Positions 11,868-24,324 of a stretch of DNA of 64,000 bases are shown piece by piece (within the stretch, counting starts at the first letter, position 1; each line of letters opens with the position of its first letter). The stretch lies in assembly GCA_963725865.1 (NCBI GenBank), contig CAVSAC010000019.1, positions 128,001 to 192,000 on the forward strand, given 5' to 3'. Both the position numbers and the translations under genes were made by a program. The notes below the pieces were generated by a model that did not search any database, was not told the DNA's origin, and saw nothing but the letters and a program-made list of their open reading frames with translations. The DNA comes from Candidatus Eiseniibacteriota bacterium. Lineage in GTDB: Bacteria > Eisenbacteria > RBG-16-71-46.

Positions 11868-12769
11868 GCCTTGGGTGCCTCGCGGTAGTCGTAGAATCCG
11901 CGACCGCTCTTGCGGCCGAGATGCCCCGCCTTGACCATCTTGCGCAGCAGCGGGCATGGGCGGTACTTCGAGTCGCCCAGGCCCTCGTGCAGCACCTCCA
12001 TGATCGACAGGCAGGTGTCGAGCCCGATCAGGTCCGCGAGCGCGAGCGGCCCCATGGGGTGGTTCATGCCCAGCTTCATCACCGTGTCGATCGCCTCCTT
12101 GGTCGCCACGCCCTCCATCAGCGTGTAGACCGCCTCGTTGATCATCGGCATCAGGATGCGGTTCGAGATGAAGCCGGGATAGTCGTTGACCTCGACCGGC
12201 GTCTTGCCGAGGCGCTTCGCGAGGTCCTCGGTGAGCGCGCACGTGGCGTCGCTGGTGGCGAGGCCGCGGATGATCTCGACCAGCTGCATCACCGGCACCG
12301 GGTTCATGAAGTGCATGCCGATGACCTGATCGGGCCGCTTCGTGAACGCGGCGAGTTCGGTGATCGAGATGCTCGACGTGTTCGAGGCCAGCAGCGCGTG
12401 CGCTGGCGCGACGGCGTCGAGCTGCTGGAACAGCGTCTTCTTGACCGCGAGGTCCTCGGTCACCGCCTCGATCACCAGGTCGGCGTCGCGCGCGCCGTCG
12501 AGGCTGACCCCGCCCTGGATGCGCTGCAGGATGCCCTGCGACTTCTCGGGCGCCCACTCGAGCTTCTTGGCGACGCGCTCGAGGCTCTTGCCGATGGTGT
12601 TGAGCGCGCGCTCGACGAACTCCTGGCGCGCCTCGACGAGGCGCACCTCGAAGCCGTGGGTCGCGAACACCTGGGCGATGCCATTGCCCATGGTGCCGCC
12701 GCCCACCACCACGATCCGCTTCACCGCGGCCGACGGGCCGCTCGTCACTGCTTCGGTCGTCGCGCTCAT
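11864..12769 (-). CDS. hbd: 3-hydroxybutyryl-CoA dehydrogenase
   Basis: [11 protein letters not shown]ossmann motif, [39 protein letters not shown]. Confidence 0.93.
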   Translation of the reverse strand: MSATTEAVTSGPSAAVKRIVVVGGGTMGNGIAQVFATHGFEVRLVEARQEFVERALNTIGKSLERVAKKLEWAPEKSQGILQRIQGGVSLDGARDADLVIEAVTEDLAVKKTLFQQLDAVAPAHALLASNTSSISITELAAFTKRPDQVIGMHFMNPVPVMQLVEIIRGLATSDATCALTEDLAKRLGKTPVEVNDYPGFISNRILMPMINEAVYTLMEGVATKEAIDTVMKLGMNHPMGPLALADLIGLDTCLSIMEVLHEGLGDSKYRPCPLLRKMVKAGHLGRKSGRGFYDYREAPKA

Positions 12770-13959
12770 CCCACACGCTCCACCGCCAGCGCCACGGCGT
12801 TGCCGCCGCCAAGGCACAGCGTCGCGAGTCCGGTCTTGAGGCCGCGGTCCTTCAACGCGTAGAGCAGCGTCGTCAGGATGCGCGCGCCGGAGGCGCCGAT
12901 CGGATGCCCGAGGGCGACCGCTCCGCCGTTCACGTTGACGCGCTCCCAGTCCCAGCCGAGCGCCTTGCCGTCGGCGACCGCCTGGGCCGCGAACGCCTCG
13001 TTGGCCTCGATCAGGTCGAAGTGCCCGATCGACACGCCCATCTGCTTCATCAGCTTCTCGACCGCGACGATCGGCGCGAAGAACAGATCCTTCGGCTCGC
13101 CGCCCCCCGTCGCGTAGCCGGTGATGCGCGCCAGCGGCCGCGCGCCGGCCGCCTTCACGCGCTCACCGCTCATCACCACGAGCGCGGCGCCGCCGTCGTT
13201 GAGGCCCGGCGCGTTGCCGGCGGTGATCACGCCGCCCTTGTCACGCGTGACCGCGGGCAGCTTGGCGAGCGCCTCGATCGTGGTGTCGCCACGCACCGAC
13301 TCGTCCTTCGCGACCACGATCGGGTCGCCCTTGCGCTGCGGGATGCTGACCTTCGCCATCTCGGCGTCGAGCTTGCCGGCCGCCTGCGCCGCGGCGGCCT
13401 TCTGCTGGCTCTTCACCGAGAACGCGTCGATCTCGGCGCGCGTGAGCCCGGCCTTCTCGGCGGTGTACTGCGCCAGCTCGATCATGTGGCAGTCGTTGAA
13501 CGAGCACCACAGGCCGTCGAGCACCACGCCGTCCTTGAGCGTCCCGTCGCCGAGCTTCTGGCCGTTGCGCAGCGCGAACAGGTAGTGGGGCACGTTGCTC
13601 ATGCTCTCCTGCCCGCCCGCCACCACGCAGTTCGCGTCGCCGGCCTTGATCGCCTGCGCCGCGAGCATCACCGCCTTGAGCCCGGAGCCGCACACCTTGT
13701 TCACGGTCGTCGCTCCGACCGCCGGGTCGATGCCGGCCTTGATCTGCGCCTGGCGCGCCGGCGCCTGCCCCGACCCACCCTGGGCCACGTGGCCCATCAG
13801 CACCTCGTCGATGTCCTTGGGGCCGACGCCCGCGCGGGACATCGCCTCGCGGATGGCGATGGCGCCGAGGTCTGATGCCTTGAGCGGCGCGAGCGCGCCG
13901 AGGAACCGGCCGATGGGCGTGCGTGCGGCACCCACGATGAACACGTCGGGATAGGTCAT
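12766..13959 (-). CDS. Acetyl-CoA C-acetyltransferase (thiolase)
   Basis: [30 protein letters not shown]. Confidence 0.95.
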   Translation of the reverse strand: MTYPDVFIVGAARTPIGRFLGALAPLKASDLGAIAIREAMSRAGVGPKDIDEVLMGHVAQGGSGQAPARQAQIKAGIDPAVGATTVNKVCGSGLKAVMLAAQAIKAGDANCVVAGGQESMSNVPHYLFALRNGQKLGDGTLKDGVVLDGLWCSFNDCHMIELAQYTAEKAGLTRAEIDAFSVKSQQKAAAAQAAGKLDAEMAKVSIPQRKGDPIVVAKDESVRGDTTIEALAKLPAVTRDKGGVITAGNAPGLNDGGAALVVMSGERVKAAGARPLARITGYATGGGEPKDLFFAPIVAVEKLMKQMGVSIGHFDLIEANEAFAAQAVADGKALGWDWERVNVNGGAVALGHPIGASGARILTTLLYALKDRGLKTGLATLCLGGGNAVALAVERVG

Positions 13960-14106
13960 GGGAAAGCTCCCGCGATAGGTTCGAATGGGGTGGTCCGGAG
14001 CGCGGGGATACTACACGATGCGCGTGGGCGGTGGCAGGGCCGGAGTCGCCGCGGCGCGGCGGGGCCGCGCCGTCGTCCCGGACTGCGCCGCGTGAGCGCC
14101 CCGCGC

Positions 14107-14709
14107 CTACGCGGCGTGGGGCGTGGTGCCGTCGGAGCGCGAAATCGAGGACTCCGCGGGGAAGCTGTGGCGCTGGCGCAGGGTATTGACGAGCGTCGCG
14201 CACTCCTCGGGGCCGAGCGAGAAGCCGAAGCGGAGCGGGCGCCCGTCGGTCAGGATCAGGATGCCGCCGCCGCCCGCGCCGACGAGCTTGAGCGCCGTCC
14301 GCGCGACGTCGGGGATCGTGGCGCCGAGCGTGCGGATCCCACGCACCCGGTCGAACGGCACCCGCTTCCATCCGCCCAGACCGAAGACCTCGCGTCGCAC
14401 GCGGATCTCGTCCGCCGCCAGCACCAGTCGCTCGCGGCCGAACACCTGGAACATCACCGCGGCCATCGCGGCCAGACCGCCCACCGTCCAGAACAGCAGC
14501 CACAGTCCCAGGAACAGCTGAGCGGGCAGCGGCGTGTGGTCGGACAGCAACGCGTTGACGGCGAACACCTCGCCCGCCGACCAGCCCCAGAGCCACAGCG
14601 CCAGGAACAGCACGAGCGGCAGGCTGCGCGTGCCGGGCGCGATGATCTGATAGCCATCGGGCTCGTCGAGGATGGTGGCGCGCGGGGTGGGGCCGGCGAC
14701 GTCGCTCAT
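14107..14709 (-). CDS. Hypothetical membrane protein (two TM helices plus soluble C-terminal domain)
   Basis: FLALWLWGWSAGE and FLGLWLLFWTVGG helices; GGAGG RBS before ATG 14709. Confidence 0.65.
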   Translation of the reverse strand: MSDVAGPTPRATILDEPDGYQIIAPGTRSLPLVLFLALWLWGWSAGEVFAVNALLSDHTPLPAQLFLGLWLLFWTVGGLAAMAAVMFQVFGRERLVLAADEIRVRREVFGLGGWKRVPFDRVRGIRTLGATIPDVARTALKLVGAGGGGILILTDGRPLRFGFSLGPEECATLVNTLRQRHSFPAESSISRSDGTTPHAA

Positions 14710-14818
14710 GGGGTCGATTCCTCCTGGGTGCGCACGCATCGTACACCCGGACCGCCCCGGTGATCGGCCGCGCGCGCGCCGGCAGTGAGCCGCGGCTCCG
14801 GCCGCCCGCCCGCGAGCC

Positions 14819-16003
14819 TCAGCGCGAGCGCACGATCGCGATGCTGGCGGTATGCCCGTGCAGCAGGTTGCGGTCGCCGACCGGCCCGAGCTCGCCGGCG
14901 CAGAACATGCCGGCCGCCGGGACGGCGCCCCCGAGCGCCGCCTGCAGCGGGCGGATGTCCCCGTCGGGCGCGTTGTAGAGGCCGGTGCCGCGCCCGTTGC
15001 ACGCGAACAGCAGCGCGGCGAGCGCGGGGCTGTCGAACTGCTGCGGCGAGAGCAGCATCTCGAGGTCCTCGCGCGCGGTCTCGGCGTCGCGCACGTGCAG
15101 GCGGATGCGCTCGTGGGCGGCGGCGCGGTCGCCGATCGCGAGGATGCCGCGATCGCGGTCGGCGCCGAGCAGGTTGCGGATCACGTAATCCCCGCGCCCC
15201 GAGGCATCGCCGCGCACCGGGCGTCCGATGTAGAGGCCGTTCTGCAGCCGCGCCCGTTCGGACTCGGGCAGCCCGCGCAGCACCTCCTCGGTGCGTTCGA
15301 GCGCCGGCCGCCCGTCGAGCGTCAGGATCAGGTTGTGCTCGGCTTCGGTGATCTCGAGCGACGGCCCGACCGGCCGGCAACCCTGCGAAACGATCACGTC
15401 GACGCGCAGCGCGCCCTTGAGCGCGATCGCGACACCGCCCGAGTCGCTCACCCAGTCGTTGAGCATCAGCGTGTTGCCGTTCGGCCGCAGCGCCGCGCTC
15501 GCGAGTCCGCCCACGACGCGGGTGCCGGGGGCGTGGCGCTGGAACGCCGCCAGCACGCTCTCGATGTCGAGCGAGAACGGATCGCCGAGCATCAGCACCA
15601 GCTCGGCGCCCTTCGCCTGAGGCGCCAGTTCGGCGAACACGCCGGGATTCTCGTAGGCGTCGGCCCACGCCTCACCCACCAGCACGAACGGGTGCACCGC
15701 GACGCCCGGCAGGCGCGCCGCGAGGATCGAGAGCGCGGGCTCGGCCTCGACCTCGTGAGTCATCGTGACGATGCCGCGAGCGGAGCCGCCCATCAGCGCC
15801 GCGGGCGCGAGGCGGCGGCGCACCGTGGTGGCGATCGCCTCGGTGTGCGCGACGTGGTGCGCAGACAGGAACACCAGCGCCAGGTCGACCGCGCCCTCGC
15901 CCAGTCGCGTGACGATCGCCCCGCACGCCTCCTGCGCCGCCGTCGCGGAGTCGGTGGAACGCGAGTCCGCGGAGGCCCAGCGCATGGCCGGGACGTCGTT
16001 CAT
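14819..16003 (-). CDS. Stand-alone FIST (FIST_N + FIST_C) sensory protein
   Basis: DLALVF, DPFS, VVGGLAS, VSQGCRPVG, LDGRPA, FACNGRG, GMFCAGELGP, LHGHTA. Confidence 0.88.
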   Translation of the reverse strand: MNDVPAMRWASADSRSTDSATAAQEACGAIVTRLGEGAVDLALVFLSAHHVAHTEAIATTVRRRLAPAALMGGSARGIVTMTHEVEAEPALSILAARLPGVAVHPFVLVGEAWADAYENPGVFAELAPQAKGAELVLMLGDPFSLDIESVLAAFQRHAPGTRVVGGLASAALRPNGNTLMLNDWVSDSGGVAIALKGALRVDVIVSQGCRPVGPSLEITEAEHNLILTLDGRPALERTEEVLRGLPESERARLQNGLYIGRPVRGDASGRGDYVIRNLLGADRDRGILAIGDRAAAHERIRLHVRDAETAREDLEMLLSPQQFDSPALAALLFACNGRGTGLYNAPDGDIRPLQAALGGAVPAAGMFCAGELGPVGDRNLLHGHTASIAIVRSR

Positions 16004-16010
16004 CGCGCGC

Positions 16011-17153
16011 TCACACGTGCTTCAGGATCTCGCGCGCGATGACGAGGCGCTGGATCTCGCTGGTGCCCTCGCCGATCTCCATCAGCTTCGCGTCGCGATG
16101 CATGCGCTCGACCGGCACGTCGCGGCAGTAGCCCATGCCGCCGTGGATCTGAATCGCTTTGTCGGTCACCCAGTTCCCGGTCTCGCTCGCGAACAGCTTC
16201 GCCATCGAGGCCTCCTTCGAGAACGGCTGGCCCGCGTCCTTGAGCATCGCCGCGTGATAGACCAGCAGGCGCGCGGCCTCGATGCGGGTCGCCATGTCGG
16301 CGAGCATGAACTGGATCGCCTGGAAGTCGGCGATCGGCTTGCCGAACTGGTGGCGCTCCTTGGCGTATCGCAGGCTGTGCTCGTAGGCGCCCTGGGCGAG
16401 GCCCAGCGCGAGCGCGCCGATCGAGATGCGGCCGCCGGTGAGCGTGTTCATGAACGCCGTGAACCCGCCGGTCTGCTCGCCGATCATGTTCGCTTCGGGC
16501 ACGAACACGTCCTCGAACACGGTCTCGACCGTGTCGGAACCGTGGAGGCCCATCTTCTTCTCGCGCTTGCCGACCGAGAAGCCCGGCGCGCTGGTCTCGA
16601 TGATGAACGCCGTGATCCCCTTGGTGCCCTTGGACGCGTCGGTGCGCGCGGTGAACGTGATGTAGGTCGCCACGCTGCCGTTGGTGATGTAGATCTTCGA
16701 GCCATTCACGCGCCAGCCACCGGCGACCTTCTCGGCGCGCGTCTTGGTCCCGGCGGCGTCCGAGCCGGCGCCGGACTCGGTGAGGCCGAACGCGCCGATC
16801 GCCTCGCCCTTCGCCATCGGCACGAGGTACTTCAGCTTCTGCTCCTCGCTGCCGGCGCCGTAGACCGGCCCGCAGCCGAGCGAGACGTGGGCCGCCAGCG
16901 TGATGGCGGTGGAGCCGCACCAGCGCGCGATCTCCTCGACCGCGATCGCGTAGGCGAGCGTGTCCATCCCCGCACCGCCGTACTTCTCGGGGTACGGCAG
17001 GCCGAGGAATCCCAGCTCGGCCATCGCCTTCAGCAGGTCGTGCGGGAACTCCTCGGTCTCGTCCAGATCGCGCGCGCGCGGGGCCACCACCTCGTCGGCG
17101 AAGCGGCGCGCCATCTCGCGCACCTGGAGGTGCTCCTCCTTCAGGAACAGCAT
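16011..17153 (-). CDS. Acyl-CoA dehydrogenase
   Basis: [59 protein letters not shown] upstream. Confidence 0.93.
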   Translation of the reverse strand: MLFLKEEHLQVREMARRFADEVVAPRARDLDETEEFPHDLLKAMAELGFLGLPYPEKYGGAGMDTLAYAIAVEEIARWCGSTAITLAAHVSLGCGPVYGAGSEEQKLKYLVPMAKGEAIGAFGLTESGAGSDAAGTKTRAEKVAGGWRVNGSKIYITNGSVATYITFTARTDASKGTKGITAFIIETSAPGFSVGKREKKMGLHGSDTVETVFEDVFVPEANMIGEQTGGFTAFMNTLTGGRISIGALALGLAQGAYEHSLRYAKERHQFGKPIADFQAIQFMLADMATRIEAARLLVYHAAMLKDAGQPFSKEASMAKLFASETGNWVTDKAIQIHGGMGYCRDVPVERMHRDAKLMEIGEGTSEIQRLVIAREILKHV

Positions 17154-17352
17154 GCGGGGTCGGGCTCCATGGTGTGGGTTCACGCGGGAACGCCCGCATG
17201 GCGGCGGCGTGCGACGGGACGGCGGGTGCGGATCGAGCGCAGGGACTCTACCCGATGCGGCCGGAAGCGCGGAAGCGACTCCGGCGGGCACGGGGCCCGG
17301 CGGTCCGTCCCGTGCGGACGCCGAGCTCCGAGGTCTCAGTCGCGATCGTGGC

Positions 17353-18096
17353 TCAAGGCCGCCCGGGGCGTGGCTTCGCCGCGGGCGCCCCGCGTGCTTC
17401 GGACTCGTACCGGTGGGCGGGGCCGAGTGCGAGCCGCGTGTCCTCGTCGAGGTCACCGGAGAGATGATGCAGGCGCTCGATCACCAGCAGCCCGGTGGTA
17501 CGACCCGCCATCCGCCACCAGGTCGTGGGCCGCGCGTTCGTCGCGACCTTGCCGTCGCGCGCCTGGCTCGCGCTGCCCGCCTCGAGGCCGAATGCGGTCT
17601 CGACCGGAAGCGGCCGCGCGCCGGCAGCGACCGCCTTCGGCGAGAGCGCGGCGACCAGAACGCGGAGCCCCAGCTGCCCCGAGCCATCCCGAGGCAACTC
17701 GTCCACCGTCACCTGGATGCTCCACGCCCCGTAGCCGCCGGTGCCCTCGATCAGGCGGAAGTGGGCGGCCACCGGCAGGCTGGCGACCGGATGGCCGCCA
17801 CGCTCCCGCTCGGTGGCGTACGCGCCTTCGGCGAACGCGCCGCGGAACGAGCCCATGAACGCGCGCTTGAGCGAGTCGGCCGGCTGCGCGCCCGGCACTC
17901 CGCCGTTGACCTCCAGCGACGACAGCCACGCCAGGTTCGGCGCCCCCGGCGGCGGCGGGACGGTGTCGGCGATGGTGGTGGCGGGCAGCGGCGCACGGAC
18001 ATCCGCGGTCCCTGGCGCGGGCGTGCGCGTCTGCGAGCGCGCGAACGGCGCCGCGAGGAGCAGCCCGAGTAGCGTCATCGCGAGGCAGCGCTTCAT
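17353..18096 (-). CDS. Hypothetical secreted protein
   Basis: GGAGG RBS; signal-peptide-like [21 protein letters not shown]; Pro-rich linker; no family recognised. Confidence 0.6.
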   Translation of the reverse strand: MKRCLAMTLLGLLLAAPFARSQTRTPAPGTADVRAPLPATTIADTVPPPPGAPNLAWLSSLEVNGGVPGAQPADSLKRAFMGSFRGAFAEGAYATERERGGHPVASLPVAAHFRLIEGTGGYGAWSIQVTVDELPRDGSGQLGLRVLVAALSPKAVAAGARPLPVETAFGLEAGSASQARDGKVATNARPTTWWRMAGRTTGLLVIERLHHLSGDLDEDTRLALGPAHRYESEARGAPAAKPRPGRP

Positions 18097-18111
18097 GACA
18101 GCCTCCACCTG

Positions 18112-18336
18112 CTAGTGCGGTAGGGAATCCACCTGCGCGTTCAGCTTCGCCGCCGCGTCGGCGGCGTTGTCGGATGCCTTCAGCGCCGCGCCCACGCCCG
18201 CGGCGCCGGGGATCGGCTCCTTCGCCAGGATGCTGTCGCGCTGGCGCTCGGTCAGCTCCTTCTGCTCGGCCGGTTGCTGCCTGGAGCAGCCCGCGAGCGC
18301 GAACAGCGCCACCACGACGAACATGGTCTTCCTCAT
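18112..18336 (-). CDS. Small predicted lipoprotein (74 aa)
   Basis: [17 protein letters not shown] lipobox; ATGA overlap with the upstream gene; GGGAG RBS. Confidence 0.7.
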   Translation of the reverse strand: MRKTMFVVVALFALAGCSRQQPAEQKELTERQRDSILAKEPIPGAAGVGAALKASDNAADAAAKLNAQVDSLPH

Positions 18337-18950
18337 GACGGACTCCCTTCCGGTTCGAGCGGCGCGCTCTCCACCAGCCGCCGGCCCGCGGCGCGCGCCC
18401 GCGCGAGCAACGCGGCGTCGCGCATGACGCTGCCCAGCTCCACGTCGTCGTGCTGCCACGCGATGGTCTCCTCCCACTTCGCCCCCACCCACTTCAGGAA
18501 CCCCCGCACGCTGCGCTCGGCCAGGTCGTAGCGGTGCTTCGAGTCGCACGCCGTCACGAACATGCCGCGGCGGGTGCGCTCCCAGCGCGGCCGGGTGTCG
18601 AACGTGCCGTCGCGCAGCCGCACCAGCGGCGTCACGCAGTTGCAGCGGTCCATCACCTGCTTGAGCGGACCGCTCACGGAGTCGAAGTAGATCGGCGAGC
18701 CCACCACCACCGCGTGCGCGGCCTCGAGCAGCGCGTACACGCGATCCATGTCGTCGCGGAAGATGCACAGGCCGTCCGTCGGCTCGGGACCGCAGGCCAT
18801 GCACGGCATGATCTTCAGGTTCACGCACCGGATGTGCTCCGCGTAGCCGCCAGCCTCGACCGCCCCCGCCATCACCTCGGCGAGCAGACGATCCACGCTG
18901 CTGTCGCGCAGCGGGCTGCCATTGAGCGCGAGCAGCAGTCGTGCGCTCAT
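18333..18950 (-). CDS. Flavodoxin-fold iron-sulfur flavoprotein / NADPH-dependent FMN reductase family
   Basis: [34 protein letters not shown] overlap. Confidence 0.82.
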   Translation of the reverse strand: MSARLLLALNGSPLRDSSVDRLLAEVMAGAVEAGGYAEHIRCVNLKIMPCMACGPEPTDGLCIFRDDMDRVYALLEAAHAVVVGSPIYFDSVSGPLKQVMDRCNCVTPLVRLRDGTFDTRPRWERTRRGMFVTACDSKHRYDLAERSVRGFLKWVGAKWEETIAWQHDDVELGSVMRDAALLARARAAGRRLVESAPLEPEGSPS

Positions 18951-19696
18951 CGCTTCCGCTTCGCGCCCGCCCGGCCCGCGCGCTTCGCGGCCGGCTTCGC
19001 GACCCGGCGCGCCGGCTTCGCCCGGACGCGCGCGCCCTTCGCACGCGTGCGGACCGCCGCCTTCGGTCGCGCCTTTGCCCGCGGCCGTGCCTTGGGCCTG
19101 GGCTTCGACTTCGGCTTCGGCTTCGACTTCGGATTCGACTTGGCCTTCGCGCGGGCGGGCTTCGCTGCGGCGCGCGCGGCCGGCTTCGGAGCGCGATGGT
19201 GGCGCCGCTCCGCCGCGGTCGCCAACGGGAACGCCGCGCCGCCGGACGGCGCGCTCAGGGCCGGCCGCGCGGGCAGCGGCGCGAGCACGTCGGCGCCGAA
19301 GCGCTCCGCGAACCACGCGCGGATGTAGACGACGATGTCCTCGGTCGAGGAGCCGGGGCCGAACAGCCGGCCGATGCCCGCCTGCGCCAGCGCCTCCATG
19401 TCGTCGGGCGGGATGATGCCGCCGCCGGTCAGCAGCTTGTCGCCGATCCCGCGCTCCGCCATCAGGCCCTGCACCGCGGGGAACAGCGTCATGTGCGCGC
19501 CGGAGAGGATGGAGAGCGCGACCACGTCGACATCCTCCTGCACCGCCGCCTCGACGATCTGCTCGGCGGTCTGGTGCAGGCCGGTGTAGATGACCTCCAT
19601 GCCGGCGTCGCGCAGCGCGGCCGCCACCACCTTGGCGCCGCGATCGTGCCCGTCCAGGCCCGGCTTGCCCACCAGCACTCGGATCTTGCGTTGCAT
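18947..19696 (-). CDS. Cobalamin-binding small subunit of acyl-CoA mutase with long basic C-terminal tail
   Basis: [12 protein letters not shown] (DxHxxG), [24 protein letters not shown], then about 110 aa rich in K/R/A/P. Confidence 0.9.
   Translation of the reverse strand: MQRKIRVLVGKPGLDGHDRGAKVVAAALRDAGMEVIYTGLHQTAEQIVEAAVQEDVDVVALSILSGAHMTLFPAVQGLMAERGIGDKLLTGGGIIPPDDMEALAQAGIGRLFGPGSSTEDIVVYIRAWFAERFGADVLAPLPARPALSAPSGGAAFPLATAAERRHHRAPKPAARAAAKPARAKAKSNPKSKPKPKSKPRPKARPRAKARPKAAVRTRAKGARVRAKPARRVAKPAAKRAGRAGAKRKR
19101..19140. repeat. Degenerate hexamer tandem repeat (CTTCGG/CTTCGA) encoding KP/KS repeats
   Basis: GGCTTCGACTTCGGCTTCGGCTTCGACTTCGGATTCGACT, inside the basic tail of the B12 subunit. 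Confidence 0.7.
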
Positions 19697-19740
19697 GCGA
19701 CTCGGCTCTCCTTCCGTGATCCGTCGCCGTGCGGCGCGGA

Positions 19741-20454
19741 TCAGCGTTCGGTCTCCTGGATGCCTTCCACGTCGGGCATGTTCGCCAGTTCCTCGAGCGT
19801 CTCCTCGTAGGCGCGGCGCGCTTCCGCGTACTGCTCGTCGGGGACCGCGACGGGCTTGCCGTCGTCGTCGAGCGGGCGCCGGATGATGCCACCCGACTGC
19901 AGCATCTCCAGCGCGATGTTCGCCGACTCCGGAGTCTCGAACGGGTGGGCCTGATACTCCCCGTCGCGCCCCAGCAGCTCCAACCGCCACGGGTCGACGT
20001 CGGGCGCGCCGCGCACCACGCGGCCGGCGGTGAAGTCACCGGCGTCGAGCTGCACCCCCGGCATGCCGCCACCCTCGCCGCCGCGGCGAGCGGTCGCGAT
20101 GATCTGGTCGCGCACGTCCTCCCAGCGCACCTGGCCCGAGGCGATCGCGGCATGCGCCTCGCCGAGCGGCAGGATGCGTACGTCGGCGCCCATCGGCATG
20201 AACACCTGGCCGGTCGAGGTCACCGCCAGCACCGCGCCCTGCTCGGGCTCGCCCTCGTCGGCGTCGAGCAGGTCCTCGAACTCGACGGGCTCCTCGTTCG
20301 ATTCCGCCGTTTCCGGCTCGTCGGCCGGCGCGGGCGCGGGCCGCTCAGCGGGCGTGGTGGCGTCCGGCGCGCCGCCGGTGGCCCGGCGCAGGAGTACCGT
20401 CACCACCGCCATCACGGCGGCGGCACCCAGCAGCGGGATCCACGGAAAGGTCAT
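19741..20454 (-). CDS. Hypothetical acidic protein with N-terminal membrane anchor
   Basis: Hydrophobic N-terminus, acidic linker, GAGG RBS; lies between the mutase large and small subunit genes. Confidence 0.65.
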   Translation of the reverse strand: MTFPWIPLLGAAAVMAVVTVLLRRATGGAPDATTPAERPAPAPADEPETAESNEEPVEFEDLLDADEGEPEQGAVLAVTSTGQVFMPMGADVRILPLGEAHAAIASGQVRWEDVRDQIIATARRGGEGGGMPGVQLDAGDFTAGRVVRGAPDVDPWRLELLGRDGEYQAHPFETPESANIALEMLQSGGIIRRPLDDDGKPVAVPDEQYAEARRAYEETLEELANMPDVEGIQETER

Positions 20455-20466
20455 CGACCGCCTCGC

Positions 20467-22230
<1,764 letters not shown>

Positions 22231-22276
22231 GGTGTCTCCTTGGGCGGCGGCCGGTCGATGGGCGATGGACCGCGCG

Positions 22277-22306
22277 AGAGTACGGGGGCGCTCCGAAGGC
22301 GGTCAA
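22277..22306 (-). promoter_or_regulatory. Sigma70-like promoter of the icmA-like operon
   Basis: TTGACC-N18-TACTCT on the minus strand, about 45 nt upstream of the GTG start. Confidence 0.55.
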
Positions 22307-22400
22307 GAACCACGCGCGGGCGCTGCCGGGGCGCGGCGCCGGCGAGCTCCTCGCCCGGCGGGCGCTGCCGCCGACCGTGCCCCGCGCGCAGGCCGCGGAC

Positions 22401-24164
22401 TCAGTGCACGACCAGCACGCGCCCCGCGCGCGTGGCGCGCGGAGTCGAGAGCCGTGCGAAGTAGAGCCCCGCCGCGAGCTCCCGCGTGCCCGCCAGCGCC
22501 AGGTCGCGCTCGCCCGCGGCCGGCATGTCGACCCGCGCGCTCGCCTGCCGGCGCCCGGCGAGGTCGAACAGCTCGAGCCGCGCCGCGCCCGCCTCCGGCA
22601 GCGCGATGCGCGCGCGCACCCCCTCGCCCGGCACGTAGCGCAGGCCGCTCAGGGCCAGCGCCGGCGCGGCCACCGGCGCCGCGGTCACCTCGCCAGCCGC
22701 GGTGAAGCGGCGCGCGAACAGCCCGAACCGCTCGCGCTCCTGCGACCAGAAGAACACCGCGCCGCCATCGCGGGTGGGCGCGAGCGCGATGTCGCCGTAC
22801 CACGTCACCACCGGGTTGTCGTGCGTCTCGAGCAGCAGCGCGCTCGAGCCATCGGGCACGTGGCGGACCTGGAGCATCGCGTAGGGCGAGAACGGACCGA
22901 ACGGCCCGTAAGGCCAGAACGACGCGACGAACATGCCGCCGGCGCCGTCGGTCACGGTCTCGTGCCCGGGCGAGATCACGTCGGTGGTGAGCGACGAGCT
23001 GGACACGCCGGTCGGGCCGAAACTCTGGTAGTGCTGGATCAGCGGCGAATCCGTGTACAGGATCGGCGAGGCCGCGACCGCGCCCTCGTGCCCATCGGAC
23101 ATCACGCGCAGCGAGCCATCGACCGACGCGTCGGCGAAGGTCCAGCCGGTGACCGGGCCGCCCGCCGGCCAGCCCGGATCGGGCGAGCCATCGCCGAGCC
23201 GCCGATCGAGGCGGGCCTGACCGATCGATTGGAAGAACATCGCGGACGGATCGTTCGAGTACACGAACACGCCCCCGCGATCGTCGGACGAGATCGCGAC
23301 CTGGCTGGCCGGAACCTGCATGTTCACGTAGTCGTCCGACGTGAACGCGAACGGGCGCACCGGCAGTCCCTCCGGCGCCCAGCCCGCGGCGAGCGTGCCG
23401 TCGGGATCCAGTCGGAGCAACTGGTAGCCGCTCGGGATCGTGGCGACGTCGCTGCTCCAGAGCGCCCACGCGACGAACACGCCGCGGTCCGGGGCGAGTG
23501 CCAGCTGCGGCCAGGTCTCCAGCGTGAGAATGCTGGTGGAGCCCACCACCTCGCGCTGGCCGGTGGCCGGCCAGCCGCCGGCACCGAGCCCGTCGGTGCC
23601 GAGGTGCGCCGCCCGCACGCGCCAGGGATCGTCACCAAGACCGACATCCACGACCCACGCGGCGTAGAACCCGTGCGCGCCGTCCTCGATCACGCTCGGC
23701 CGCGGCTGGAAGGCCGCCATCATGCCGAGCGCGCGCCCGCGCGCGAGCCAGCCCGGCGCGACGACGCCATCGGCGCCGAGGCGGGTCGCGAACAGCGAGC
23801 GATTCTCCATCCACCACACGTAGAGCCCGCCGACGTGATCCGGCAACGCGCCCGTCTGGGTGCGCGAGATCGACACGTCGCACACCGGAGCGCCCGTGGC
23901 GGGCCACGCGGGATCGACGTCGCCGGTGGCGAGCAGGTGCTGCGCGCGCAGCACGCCGGGACTGCCGCTCAGCGGTGCCTCCTGCCACACCACGAACGTG
24001 CCGGATCCGCCATCGGAGCACGCGACGAGCGGTGCGAGGTGCGACGAGGTGGCGAGCACGGTCGCGCCGTCGACCTGCCAGCCGGCACGCGCGGAGGACG
24101 TCGAGACGAGGAGCGAGAGCGCGAGCAGGGCGAGCGCGCGCGGGATGATCCGACCAGCGTTCAT
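22401..24164 (-). CDS. Secreted repeat (beta-propeller-like) protein with T9SS-CTD/FlgD-like tail
   Basis: Signal peptide ending SARA; recurring DGxGG..xW and GWP units; tail LELFDLAGRR..LAAGLYFARL..RVLVVH; GGAGG RBS. Confidence 0.75.
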   Translation of the reverse strand: MNAGRIIPRALALLALSLLVSTSSARAGWQVDGATVLATSSHLAPLVACSDGGSGTFVVWQEAPLSGSPGVLRAQHLLATGDVDPAWPATGAPVCDVSISRTQTGALPDHVGGLYVWWMENRSLFATRLGADGVVAPGWLARGRALGMMAAFQPRPSVIEDGAHGFYAAWVVDVGLGDDPWRVRAAHLGTDGLGAGGWPATGQREVVGSTSILTLETWPQLALAPDRGVFVAWALWSSDVATIPSGYQLLRLDPDGTLAAGWAPEGLPVRPFAFTSDDYVNMQVPASQVAISSDDRGGVFVYSNDPSAMFFQSIGQARLDRRLGDGSPDPGWPAGGPVTGWTFADASVDGSLRVMSDGHEGAVAASPILYTDSPLIQHYQSFGPTGVSSSSLTTDVISPGHETVTDGAGGMFVASFWPYGPFGPFSPYAMLQVRHVPDGSSALLLETHDNPVVTWYGDIALAPTRDGGAVFFWSQERERFGLFARRFTAAGEVTAAPVAAPALALSGLRYVPGEGVRARIALPEAGAARLELFDLAGRRQASARVDMPAAGERDLALAGTRELAAGLYFARLSTPRATRAGRVLVVH

Positions 24165-24324
24165 GGCCACCTCCGGCAGCGAGTTCCGTGGGCAAGGCCT
24201 GGGGGACAGGCGAGCGGCCGCTCATCAGTATGGGCACGCCGGTAGCGGTCGGGAAGCGGAAAGCCCTGATGCATCGGCGGTGTCGACCGGGCGATTGGCC
24301 GCGGGAATTCGACCCGACGCGCGC

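Noticed and set aside
22231..22400. Possible cobalamin riboswitch upstream of the B12 mutase operon
   Set aside because: No B12-box or conserved core is recognisable, and the predicted promoter leaves only about 40 nt of leader.
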